A stretch of DNA of 64,000 nucleotides from Squalus acanthias (lineage: Eukaryota): the NCBI GenBank assembly GCA_030390025.1, contig CM059447.1, forward strand, positions 9,672,001 through 9,736,000, read 5' to 3'. The notes under the pieces are model-generated. The model searched no databases and had not been told where the DNA came from. It saw nothing but the letters and a program-made list of their open reading frames with translations. Position 1 is the stretch's first letter; each line of letters starts with the position of its first letter. The translations under genes and the position numbers were made by a program. Positions 50,550 to 62,449 of this stretch are shown here, piece by piece.

Positions 50550-50690
50550 CTTGACATAACAGTAGTAGTGTCCAGCATGACAACTGTATCCAGAATGCAC
50601 CAACACTGCATACAACCCATAATTGACTGGCTCACCATTACTTTGGGACATATATGGACGCATATTCAAGTGTTCAGGGTAACCAACATC
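50550..50690 (-). CDS. USP36: USP36 coding exon with His box ([47 protein letters not shown])
   Basis: cag|...|gtgaga, 141 nt. Catalytic GHY motif. Confidence 0.97.
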
Positions 50691-50760
50691 CTGTTAAAAC
50701 AGACAGCAAAAATATAAAATACGAAGCTTTCACAGTTAACAGTTTATTCCCAAATTTATA

Positions 50761-51423
50761 CGGCGCGAAATTCGGTCGCGCCCCGTTTCGGGGTTGGTAA
50801 CGCTGGTGAGGCGGGATATCCTGCGCCTAGCGAGGGAGTCCCTCCCCGGCTGCAGAATTCGCCTTATCGCCCGCCCAGGAAGTGGAGCGCAATGTCGGGT
50901 GCTCCACTTCTTGGTGGGGCGGTAAGCGAGGCGATGTCGGAGCGCTGCCGCATTTCAACGCAGTGCCGGGCTGCGCGATGGTGGCCAGGACCTCGCCACG
51001 GCACACCACGGAGGGCCGATCTGGAGGGCGGCCAAAAAAAAGAAATGGCGGCGCAGGTCGCGGCCGCACCTCCCCTTTAACTACCGCCTCGCGAGCAGAG
51101 GTCGGCCCGGCTTGCGACCCGCGAGGCTGGTGCTGACACCGCCCGTGGCAGCCGAATTTCAGGGCAGTAAGGGGACGTGGCGGGGCGCTAAGGAGTCGCC
51201 GCGCATGGCAATGACTTCATCGCCAGAGGCGCAGTGGCCTGGGGCGCTACCAGCAGGGGCGCGGCACTATTGGGTAGCGCCTCAGCAACGCCCCACCGAA
51301 TTTCGTGGGAGTGCTTTTTCCGGCCCTCCCCCGGGCAATAACCACTTTGTGTGCAGTTAGTACCCCCCCCCACTCCCCCCGGAGGTGCTAACTGCAGGCG
51401 CAAAGGAGCCGAATTTCACCCCC
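50761..51423. mobile_element. Harbinger-like MITE, CpG-rich, 663 bp
   Basis: Termini CGGCGCGAAATTCGG vs GGGGGTGAAATTCGG; 3-bp duplication ATA on both sides. Confidence 0.78.
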
Positions 51424-51846
51424 ATAATGTACAGAAAATGGGTCAACATATTCTTGAGTAAATTTTTTCAAACAGCTTCTCGCTTAATCCATACCAGTTC
51501 CTTAAGAGGTTCACATATTGTATGTAAAGAGGACCAACCAGTAAGAACTTCGTTTGTAATGGGAAAAAAATCCATAATGTGTAGGCGGCTTTAAATATTC
51601 GCAACATTTACAGTTATTCCTACGCCATGTGTCTCCAGTACAGATATGCCAGCTTTTACTAGGACTCTGAAATTTTGCAAAGCAGCAACTGTTCAGAAAT
51701 TCTGAAACAATAAACGTCGCTTTCCGTGAAGGAACTGCAGTACAGCCTCACACTGCACTTAATCTTGCATCTCAGTCATTTTGTTGCAGCGTAACAAAAC
51801 TTCATAGCTACTAAAAACGTAAATAATAAACTGAAAATGACTTCAC

Positions 51847-51958
51847 CTTTGTGATTTTGCCACCACTGAAATTTGCAAACCGCTTCAGGGAAAGGGTCAG
51901 CACATTTGATGCTCTATGAATGGAAAAGCGTTTGGTAGCTGGGACCTTCTTCTTGCAC
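51847..51958 (-). CDS. USP36: USP36 coding exon ([37 protein letters not shown])
   Basis: tag|...|gtgaag, 112 nt. LKRF motif. Confidence 0.95.
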
Positions 51959-52199
51959 CTAAATAAAGGAGTCAGCTGTTACAGTCAAAAAGATACTTTA
52001 CAAGCAGTTAAAACAAAAGCATCAGAGATATTACTGTGGTCTACTCCACCAAGGATGGCAATCCTGGGTCCATATTCAGACCCCCATACTTTCTAATTTG
52101 GTCCTCCACAAACAGTTTAATTTTTAAATATTTTTTCCAAACGTCATTTACCGACGTCCGATTTCATTTTAAATTCACATAACTGGAATTACTTCCAAA

Positions 52200-52415
52200 T
52201 TAATCTTTGGAATTCTCTGCCCCAGAGGGCTGTGGATGCTCAGTTGTTCAATATATTCGAGGCTGAGATCGATAGATTTTTGGACTCGAGGGGAATCAAG
52301 GGATATGGAGATCAGGCGGGAAAGTGGAGTTGAGGTCGAAGATCAGCCATGATCTTACTGAATGGCGAAGCAGGCTCGAGGGGCCGTACGGCCCACTCCT
52401 GCTCCTAATTCTAAT
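52200..52415 (+). mobile_element. CR1 LINE extreme 3' end
   Basis: Matches the other CR1 tails (aatctttggaattctctgccccagagggctgtgg...ctcctgctcct). Confidence 0.85.
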
Positions 52416-53369
52416 GTTAGGTGTTGTTCCTAAATATGTATTTCCATTCCTGGACTGAATGCTATATTGTTTACAAGGAATGGAATGAATTCCATAGTAG
52501 TGGGGGGGTGGGGGGAGAAAAAAAAAGGGTGTGACCTTAGTCTCAGCCTTGTGAAGCCTGGCAAAATGTAGCACCCTGGTCTGCACGACTGGACAATATA
52601 GTTTTTTTTTCAGTTTCTTATGAATCCATTGCAATAACTACAGTAGAATCATGAAATAATGTGCTGCCTCCCGAAAAAGCAGAATGCAAATAAGTTAATG
52701 CAAACTAAAATGTTGCTAGTTTTAAACCAGTCAAAATCAAACAAATCAACACAATACAATGGAATGTGGACACTTGGGATTTCTAACGGAAACCCTCCCC
52801 ACGCTGCTCATTTATTTGGCCTCCGCTGTAGAAGAGACAAGTGGACACTAAGCACCGGATTGAGGTGGGTAAAAAAAAGGAGGGAGAATCATCTCCAGGG
52901 AAGTTTTGCAGCTTCAAGTGGTCAGTTTCAAAGCATCACAGGTGAAGCGCTGGGAGCAGGTATGCCACCAGCCTATGTCAGGGACGGCACATAGCAAGGG
53001 GAACCCGAGGATGAAAAATTAACATATGTATGTGGAGAGTAATATGTAATATTATCTTGCATATGTGATAACACTGCACTCCACAAGAGGAGAGCAAGGC
53101 AAAATATCTCCCTTGAAGTACATGCATTGTACTTCTGCACTCGACATTTACTGCTTTCGAGACAAAATGCTGATGCAGGCTGAATGCCGAAATTATTAAT
53201 GTAAAGTGAATTAAATTTGACCTACAAGGCAAGACAAACAGCAGTACCAGAGGAAAAGGGTCGCTCATTTCACCTTTCCTGCTGCACAAGTGTATGCAAT
53301 ATATTTTTTTCTCTCATCAGTTTTCTTTTCTCCCCTCCTGAGGATGTTGCCCTTTCACGGAGATCCGGC

Positions 53370-53700
53370 TCCGGAGGCGATGGTCACTCTCAAGTGACCA
53401 AGAGTGACCATTACTGATACGGGAGCCTTAACAGTGTTTGTCAGTGTTTCTAGCATCGAGTGCATTGGGTCTAAGCCTGATCCTGTCCTCATCCAAATTC
53501 CACAGGTGAATATCTATCAGGGGTCATTAGGTCGTGATCAGGAGTGAGAATGCTACTGGATGATTTTTCCTCCCCTAATCCAGGGAACTTGATCAATTAT
53601 TCTACCAATTGTTAGACCAACAAAGAAATGCTCATTCCAGCTGATGGTAAAGACTGAACCTGGGACCTGCATGGTCTGCACAGGTCACGCACTGACTGAA
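53370..53700 (-). mobile_element. tRNA-derived SINE (second family), degenerate
   Basis: gaacctgggacc..c.tggtctg and tgatcaggagtg shared with 30290-30610. Confidence 0.55.
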
Positions 53701-53773
53701 TAAGACTTGCTACGCCTCCGGAAAATCTACAGAATATGTTTAAAAGGACTTGCTCATTTTGAACAACACTTAC

Positions 53774-53856
53774 TTTGCACACATGTACGCATTCTCTCCA
53801 CTGAGAAAATCTGGTTTCACAAAGAGCTCAAGGGCTCGGACAATATTGGGTGCTTG
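53774..53856 (-). CDS. USP36: USP36 coding exon (QAPNIVRALELFVKPDFLSGENAYMCAK)
   Basis: cag|...|gtaagt, 83 nt. Confidence 0.95.
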
Positions 53857-54049
53857 CTGCAAGGCAATTAAATATGGGTCAGACCAAATATTAATACTGA
53901 ACAGCCATTTATTTCTCGAAAAAAAATCATAATTCTATTTATCTCATTCTATTTATGCTCTAAGCAGCAATTGCTATTACATAAGACACCTTCACAATTT
54001 CTAAACCATGAAAATTGCAATGCTGGCCCAATGAAAATCTGCATGTAGC

Positions 54050-54165
54050 ACACTCTGGGGTATCTATTACACTGTTCATAACACACTCTGGGGTATTATA
54101 CTGTATATAACACCTCCGTGTATCTATTACTCTGTATGCAACACACTCTGCCTATGTATTACACC
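54050..54165. repeat. Degenerate ~30-35 bp tandem repeat (ACACTCTGGGGTATCTATTACACTG-like, ~4 copies)
   Basis: Recurring acactctg / tatctattac units. Confidence 0.6.
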
Positions 54166-54696
54166 AATTGGTGTACTTTAGTAGCATTAGAAAAATGTCT
54201 GGGAGCATGTTTGTGCAAAACAGAGGTTAGATGAAGTTCACAAACTGTTTAAAGACCACCGAGTAGTCAGTGTCTTGCAATTTTTCTTCTATGCTATTCC
54301 TGCCAGCTCTTGAATAATTTCACATTTTGCAATAAGGAGAAGAGAAGCATTTGATGTCTGCAACAATATATATATTTGCACAATGTTAGTCATGTTGGCC
54401 AGCTTGGGCTATATAATCTATAGCTTATTTCATGGCTACATATAGGCATAAAATGCAGCATGTTAAAACTAAAAGTAGCCAAGGCAGACTGAATAGAGAG
54501 AAGATTTCAATAGCAAGGCAATGCTTCTTGTAATTCCCATCTGAAGTCCAATGGAACATTCACACTGAACTTCAATGACAGCAAATCATATGCTGTTATT
54601 TGATTCCACATCAGTAGGACCAACACCTGCATCTATATCCAGTAACAACACTTTACAAAATAACTGGTGATTTTTATTTAAGAAAGATACACTTAC

Positions 54697-54767
54697 CCTT
54701 ATTTCAAGAGCAATATCCAAATAAGGATCATATGTATCCGATACACTCTTGCACACGGAACACTTAA
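54697..54767 (-). CDS. USP36: USP36 coding exon (VKCSVCKSVSDTYDPYLDIALEIR)
   Basis: aag|...|gtaagt, 71 nt. CxxC of the fingers subdomain. Confidence 0.96.
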
Positions 54768-56986
54768 CTTTGGGTGCAGGAAGGGAAGAGATCAAAACAC
54801 AAAAATACGACAATTATTAATGGATATTAATTCAGATTGGGGGGAGAAAAAAACTTCACTTTAGTTTTAGAGTCTTCCTATAGGTTGAGAATGCTCACTC
54901 CTATTTCTCTGCTAAGTCAGTACAATCTTTAAGGTAAGGGATCATCCATAGTGGCTATCTTTTGAACAGCTGCTCTGCTTTACCTACTCGACCCAACTTT
55001 CCCAAGGTTTACTGTCAACATAATTATGCTGTAAAAACAATAGAATTATCTTTCGCCTCCTACCCAGTACTGATCTTCACCAAACTGCATTATGGATAGC
55101 CACTGATGACTTGAGTCAAAATAAGGTGCTGAATTTTGTAATCCTTTAAACCTATCACTTCAAATTGCACTTAAATGAAAGTTCTGCTCTTTAATGATAC
55201 CAACACCACTCAAACAAGTCCCACAGAAACAATAATCAGGAACTAGCAATCCTCCTGTTGCTTTTCATGGCAAAAAAAAAATTATCCCAATTGATACCGA
55301 AATCCACTCAGGTAGCTCAACTTTCCTCTGTTGGGTAACAACCTGAAAATTCTCTCATTCTGATATCTGAACTTAGTTTTGCTTTTTAACATGCTCTTTC
55401 TCTCAAAGTTAAATTGTGTTCTCTTTTACTTATTGTTCCCTCCACTGCCACATCATTCCTCAGCTAAGAGTGCAGGCACATGATCTGCTCTTGTGCCTCT
55501 GCCAATTTCTCATTAGCTGCTGGGAGGCACACAAAACCAGCCTGGGCAACTTGCCCCAATTACTTCTGTTCAGCACCTCGAAATGATGGCTCAGTCGAGA
55601 CTCTGAATTCTCTTTATTGGACATTAGCTGCTAACTTATCACTTTATGATGTAGCACCCAACGCATTCTGCTACCAGGAATCTCTTCAATGTGTTTACTG
55701 ATGTTGGAAAGTGCACCTGATCGGATTTGTCATTTGTAGTTTTTAATGATCAATTTACACACAAGACTGCACCATACACATCATATGACTCACTCTGCCA
55801 GGAAATACAATGACTCACTCTCAGTCCCATCTTGCAGAGATGAAGTGCTATTTTCTTTTTTAAATCAGTAAGCTCACTCATTCTTTTATGGTAAATGTTT
55901 AGTTGTTATTGTCAAAAGCCCTAGTTTTGATTTTTGTAATTGTTAGGATAAACCGAAAAACATGCATTGTGGGTTTTATAAATATAAAAACTGCCTAAAT
56001 TCTAGACCTGTGAAGTATAGATCCCATCCCCAATACAGTTTGTGTGGTTAGGAACAGATTTGGTCTGCTGTGGCACACTTGTGTTTGCTGTGCACCCATA
56101 TTAATGCTCTCTAACAAAGTGTGAAAAACTGGGGTATGAAATGAAAGGCATCACCAGAACGTTTTTCATAAATTCACTTATAACTTTGTCAAACTTGGGG
56201 AGGTATGTTAGAAATGCTATTAGGAGAAATATGTAATGTCAACTGGGAAAGAAATTCCATATGAAATTATAAAAGTGACTCTTATTTCTACCCTCAACCT
56301 AAAACAAAACCACAAACCAGAACACACACACCCGCACTACAGACAAAACATGAAGACACTCCAATGTTTGAATGTGGTACGGTTGCACAAACAGTGCAGC
56401 TACTACTGCCCAGATAACCAGAAACGGAAGCTATTATTTGATGACATTCCATTGCAAAGACTGAACTTGGCCTTCAGTGGCTGAAGAAAATATTTGGGGA
56501 AAAAAAATTCTTCTCCACCCATGGAATTTTTTTTTCTAATTACAAAACTAAGTTGTTCAGTTTCAGATACTTTACACAAATAAAATCAGATTCCTCTTAT
56601 TATGGAGTCTGTTTTAAGATAACTCGCTGGACAAAAATAAACAGTTGTTAAACATTTTCTAGAACTTCATCTAACTTATAACTAAGAAAGGTTGGGAAGC
56701 CTTTAAATGAGTAAACCAGCAATTTAATGCTTACAGATGCTCCATTTTACAGAAAGCATCTTTTTAAGGAACAAAAAAGTCTCAAAATAGGAAGCTGTCT
56801 TAAAAACATTTGATAAAGAGGCAGTAAAGTCATCAAATTCCATACATTCTTTCACTCGTGGGTAATACCACAATTCATTACTCATGAAATAACTTTAACA
56901 ACTCTGCTTCACCACGGAGGTACATTCCCGAACTTACAGATTACAACTACATATAAAAAATGTCAAAATCTTTTCATTGTACTTAC

Positions 56987-57054
56987 CCCTTGACCTAAGA
57001 TATCCTCCAAATATCTGGTGGACTAATGAAGTAGCTTGAGTTTGTCGATCCAGT
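56987..57054 (-). CDS. USP36: USP36 coding exon (LDRQTQATSLVHQIFGGYLRSR)
   Basis: aag|...|gtaagt, 68 nt. IFGG motif. Confidence 0.95.
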
Positions 57055-57059
57055 CTTTT

Positions 57060-57095
57060 GGGGGGGGGGGGGGGGGGGAGGAAGGAGAGAAAGGA

Positions 57096-57122
<27 letters not shown>
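57060..57122. repeat. Poly-G plus (GA)n tract forming the polypyrimidine tract of the 56987-57054 exon
   Basis: Directly visible immediately upstream (minus strand) of the acceptor. Confidence 0.85.
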
Positions 57123-57128
<6 letters not shown>

Positions 57129-57856
57129 CTATTACATTCAATTGGTGGATTATGTTGAAGAGACATTGTGCACATACACGTATATGTGGGAGACACTGCG
57201 GTGTTGAAGTGGGGAACAAATCATTTTAGTTTGAAGGTTTTTATTGTTTTCTAGCTGCACTTCATTGTAAACCAGGGCAGTCAGAAGTGCCTGACATGTC
57301 AGCCACAACTGTCCATTTGGTGCACAGAGGTTTATTATACACTGCACCAACTAACTGTCTCTTAAGTATGTTACACCGGTGCAATAGTGGGTCCCATACG
57401 GTGTTTCAGACTTGAAAGACGCATTATTGGTGCTATGGTGAGCACTGATGTGCAACGTGACCTGCTTGGGATAGTGTTTGAAGAACCAAACTGCTCTCAA
57501 CGCAAGATCTTGGTACTAAGAAGAAAAGGTGTCTGCTAAATTGCCTTCCTCCACCCGGTCCTGCAAGTTCTAATTTGCATTCAAAGTCAGCAAATTTCAC
57601 ACACAGATTTTATCCGCAACAGTACTTATTTACAGGTCTGAGCTTCCATACAAAACACTGGTGCCCATCTATTAGTAACAAAGGTGAATACTTTATTTTT
57701 ATAGTTTACTTACTGAATAGGTGTACTGTATGCAAAAAAATCCATTCCCCACTAATGTCATTCTTTTAATGAGCACAAACTTAATTTACCTCCTCCCCAA
57801 CAAACAGTTACTGGGTCACTCACATAATGCCAATATAGGTACAAAAATTAACATAC

Positions 57857-57959
57857 TTGGTGCAACCGTTCAGACAGGCCTTCTGCATAGCATCAATGGT
57901 GTATCTCAGAAACTCATGTGCATCCTCTTGATTCCCAAAGCGAAAATGCCTTGCTATTT
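57857..57959 (-). CDS. USP36: USP36 coding exon ([35 protein letters not shown])
   Basis: cag|...|gtatgt, 103 nt. Contains the QEDAHEF USP motif; frame continuous with neighbours. Confidence 0.96.
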
Positions 57960-58399
57960 CTGTAATTAATATTAATAATTATACCAACATCTTGTATTAC
58001 AAGAATAAAATTCTAAACCTCAAGGACCATGAACTACACTCAGATAGAAATGGACAATTTGAGAAGTCTAGTCTGGTGTCACTCTGGTTATTTTCATGTG
58101 CGTGCTTTAATAATAAACCAGCATGGTCTGAACAGTGCAGCATGCATCAAAGACTTAGGAACGTAATGGTCTTTTGCACAGCAAGATTCTAGGAGCGATG
58201 CTAAATACAGCAAGGTATAACTGAGGGAGTTACGCAGAACCAATGCTTCATAGAGCTACATGGCAGTTAAACAGAATTTAAACAAGGTCAGTAAAATTTG
58301 AGAAATTCACTTCCAAACCATACTTGTGCTACTCTAGCCAAATTGCAGCATCACATCTCTGTTCAGCAAGGTCATTGCTTGGTAAATTTCTCCACCAAA

Positions 58400-58580
58400 A
58401 AGCTGCGGATCAATTGAAAATTTCAAAACTGAGATTGGTAAGATTTTTTGTACGGCAAGGGTATTAAGGGTTAGGGAACCAAGACAGGCAGATGGAGTTA
58501 AGATACAGATCAGCCATGATTTAATTGAATGACTGAACAGGATCGAAGGGCTGAATGGCCTACTCCTGTTCCCATGCTTC
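58400..58580 (+). mobile_element. CR1 LINE extreme 3' end
   Basis: gatcagccatgatttaattgaatg...gggctgaatggcctactcctgttcc tail. Confidence 0.8.
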
Positions 58581-58813
58581 TAAATGTTGCCATTAACGCC
58601 AGTGACAAATTAATCTGATTAGAAACAAAGCATCACACATCAGCAAAGCACAGTAAGATTCCCGTTGGTTAAGAACATTCTAAAAGTACAAGTTGCAACA
58701 GGTTGGAATGAACGTTATCTTAACAGGTCTTGTTTAGTAAAATGAACTGCTCAGACTCTACTATTGACCACGGTTCTCAAGACAACAGGTGAGAACTAAA
58801 ATTAATAACTTAC

Positions 58814-58924
58814 TCTTTAGTTCACGAATAAATGACAATGGTTTGATAGCATTTCCACTGTTGGCAAAGGCCTGTATCAGATGGTTCTGCATGATGCAGA
58901 TCATACAAAATCCGGTCTGGGGAC
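58814..58924 (-). CDS. USP36: USP36 coding exon (PQTGFCMICIMQNHLIQAFANSGNAIKPLSFIRELK), USP domain
   Basis: cag|...|gtaagt, 111 nt. Peptide closely matches vertebrate USP36. Confidence 0.95.
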
Positions 58925-59250
58925 CTGCAAAAATAAACCGAACACAGACCTTCAATACATGAAATGTACCAGAGAAGAACTCCATATCAACAGCTGCCTG
59001 GGTATTAGGTCTGGTTGAAATGAATATCCATCAATAGATCAACCTTCTATCCAATGGTCAATACTTGGATAGAAAGTAAATTGGACCCACGATGATGCAG
59101 TTCTCACCTAGTTTTTCCATTGTTCTAATTATTGTTCTGCTGCATTTCTGCAGGGCTGCTTTGCTTGTGCAATCAGCTCCTTGGACATTTTTTTCTTGCA
59201 TGCTAGGGTTTCTACCCAATAAAATACCCAACATCTGGGACTGGGTGGTA

Positions 59251-60475
59251 ATAACTTGCATTTATAAAGCGCCTTTATCATACAAAATGTCCCAAGATGT
59301 TATCCTGAAAAATTGAAAGAGGAATTGGAAGCCAAGCCAAGGAATATGGTTAGGAGAGGTCACTGAAGGGCAGATTGAAAGAAGGGGCTTTAAGGAGGTT
59401 TTTAAAAGCAGGACAGAGAAGTAGTGAGAGGCAGAGGCATTTAGGGAGGGAGCTCCAGAGATCAGGGCTGAGGTGACTGTAACCTCGGTCACCTATAGTG
59501 GGGCAGGAAAGGATAGATAGACAGGAGGTCATAGAACTGAAGGGTGTGGGAGAGGATGTATGGCTGGAGGAGGCTGCAGAGATGGGGAGATGCAAGGCAA
59601 TGGAGTAATTTGAGGATGAGGACAACGATTTAAAATTGGATGTGTTGGGAAACAGGGGAGCCAATGTAGATCAGTGGGGATAGGACCGATCGAATAGCAT
59701 GACTGCGTGGGACAGGATGCAGGCAGCTGCACTTTGGATGCGTTGGAGTCACTGAGAATGGACGATGAACAACCAGTGAGAGCATTGGAGTAATTGAGTT
59801 TGCAGGTGACAAAAGCATGTCTGAGGATTTCAGCAGCTGGGGGAGAGGGCTGAGGTAGAAGCACAGATGAGCAACATTGGAAGTGGAAGTAAACAGATTT
59901 GGGTAATGGTGAAAATGTAGGGTGTTAAGCTCAGCACAGGATTGAACAACACCAGGTTGGAGTTTTGTTCAACCTAAGAAAGCTAATCACTCCACCATTG
60001 GTGGCTGTGCCATCAACTGCTAAGGCCCTAAGCACTGGAATTCCCTCCCTAAACCTCTCTGCCTCTCTACCTCCTTTATCACCTCCTTAGAACTGACCTC
60101 TCATCGCCCCCAATATCTTTATTTGGCTCGCGGTCAAATTTTGTTTCCTGTGAAGCGCCTTGGGACGTTTTACTATGTTAAAGGCACTATATAAATACAA
60201 TTTGTAGTTGTTGTTGAATATCAGAAGCAAGGCATCAAAGTTTATAGTATATGCCAAAATCAATGGCATCAATCTTCTCAATGTTCAGCTGAAAGATAAA
60301 GCACAATTTCTAAGAGTTCATGTCAGACAAGCAGCCCAAAAGCATGGAAGTGATCGAGGGGTTGACATGTGGTGGAAAGATAGAGCTGGGCATCACCAGC
60401 AAATATATCGACACGGACCCCTTGCCTGTGGATGATATCGCCAAGAGTAAGTGTACAGATAAGAGAGGGGGATTG
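59251..60475 (-). mobile_element. Old L2 fragment interrupted by an oppositely oriented L2 3' end (~59985-60215)
   Basis: HAFVTCKLNYSNAL and PTDLHWLP peptides; RT-like segment resumes at 60240-60475; the inner copy has a plus-strand gttgttgttg tail. Confidence 0.7.
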
Positions 60476-60479
60476 CTAA

Positions 60480-60725
60480 TCCTTGGGACCAGGGTTCAAA
60501 TTCAGCCCAACTGATGGGATGAAAGTTTCCTATGCTGGCTCTGAGGGTCCTACGTGAAATGAGTTTTGGAAATTTTAAGTTGGTATGGGCCCATAACTGT
60601 TGGGCCCGTAGGATGGCATGTGTGGGAAATAGAAAAATGTCACACTGGCACAGTAAGGTTGCTCCTTTGAACTTGAGGTCGAGGCATAATCTTGAGAAAG
60701 ATTAGAGGGATAGTTTACTCTATCA
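60480..60725 (+). mobile_element. LF-SINE-like fragment
   Basis: GGGTTCAAATTCAGCCCA...CCTACGTGAAATGAGTT...GGTCGAGGCA resembles recalled LF-SINE blocks. Confidence 0.45.
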
Positions 60726-61879
60726 GCGCTTAATTGACCCAAGAGAGACAGCAATCCCCCCACAAAATTGGTCAGATTCACCAAAGTTGGCCACCAGGAG
60801 GCCCAAGTGAAAAAATTATGGTCTTCCCCATTGCCAGCCTTAGCAAGTCCATTAAGCTTACTTAGGGGCTTCAACCAGCTGTGCAAGACCCATCGTTCAC
60901 GAGCTCGTACCATTAGCACAAAACCAATATAAAAACAGCCACAGGGTACCTGAAAATGAAAGTATCCTGTTCCCAAGCAGCAACATCCCTCACTTTGATG
61001 AGCACAAAAAAATATCCAGCAACTTACTTTAGGTTGTTGACCCACAAAGCCCTCCAAATATCTCCGTAATTAGTGATTAATAGGGCAGACAAAAAGAAAC
61101 TAGAGCATCGTTAGCTTAGCTCACTGAGGTACAGCAGAGCAGATGATTTTTAAAAAAAAACCTTATTTGTAAGTATAGAACTTTGTCTTCAACTGAAATC
61201 TGTTGCGGCGGTAACATTTTCAAAATAAATCTACATATGAATCCAGGCTGCTGCTTTTGGTTGTGGTGTTGATAAGTAAAAACCAATCACTCCCGTTACT
61301 ATTATTACCTAGAACTAATGCAAATCAGATTTATTAATGAAAAAATTATCTATAAATTCTTTAAACCAAGTATCCCAGCCCCTCCAGAGAAGCAGTAAAA
61401 TATATGCCTGAAAATGTCAAGCTTACAGCAACTCAGTTTATCTGAGGGAAACTGCACGGTCCCCACCCAAATCAACTCCTTAGGATGTGTACATTTTATG
61501 GGTTTATCCAGACAGGATTACCAATTTGTTAAGACAAAAATTGTTCCTCATACAACTACAGAGAAACACTAGATGGAGTTGGGGACAGTAAATCGCTTTA
61601 TTCGTAACAGTGTATAGTTTTACAAGAGTTTCACCCTAGAATGTTAGGGCTGCAGTAATATTAGATACGGAAACTGCTTTACATGACACGAAAGCAGCAA
61701 TATAACTGCAAGTTTTTTCCCCACATTTGTCAGACAATTAACACTTTATTGCATCCTGATGGTACATTGTTTAAAGTGGAGTAAGTGAGCTAAAAGTATC
61801 TTCTTCATCCTTCTCAGCCAGACCTTAACATCCCGCTCCATGTCTACTCTGATTTTCAAATACTTACAACCGAGAGCAC

Positions 61880-62430
61880 AAGATCACCACAGATCAGAAA
61901 GACCATTCAGCCCATCTTAATTCATCCATCCCGAAAGACCCTGAAGTCCACCCATTTACAGCATCCAACTGTTTCTTAAAGTTTCCATGGTCTCCCCTCC
62001 ATTACTCTATCACAAAGACTATTGGACACATTGATCACTGTGGAACAATGTTCCAACATCAGTCCTAAAAAGTTACATTTTACTTGTTGAACCTGCGCCT
62101 CCTTGTTCCACTCCTGTAATTAAATTTCAGGTAATATTCTGAGTTTACTTTTTCTGCCCCATTAACTTTATACACCTCTACAAGACCGCCTCTCAGATAC
62201 CTCCTTATTGGCTGAAAAGCCCAAGTTTCTCCAGTCATTCCTCATAACTCAGACCCCTGACAAGAGGGATCAGCCCCATGCCACTTCTCTGCACTGCCCC
62301 CCCTTGTCTGTTGGCGACCAGAACTGGATGCAGGTGTGATCAGAGCACTATAAAGTTTGATCATTACCTCCCCTAACTTCATATTCTACTATTTTGGCTT
62401 TGATGATTCCTGCTCTGCATTGGTTGGATA
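61880..62430 (-). mobile_element. Old CR1 3' fragment
   Basis: Decayed CR1 ORF2 C-terminus and 3'UTR. Confidence 0.6.
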
Positions 62431-62449
62431 CGTTTAGCATCAGGTCGAA

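Noticed and set aside
50827-51403. Cluster of GC-rich ORFs or a possible gene promoter
   Set aside because: Lies wholly within a TIR- and TSD-bounded MITE.
60575-61057. 160-aa minus-strand ORF as an upstream USP36 exon
   Set aside because: No similarity to the expected GLxNLGNTCF Cys-box exon, and it partly overlaps a SINE-like repeat.
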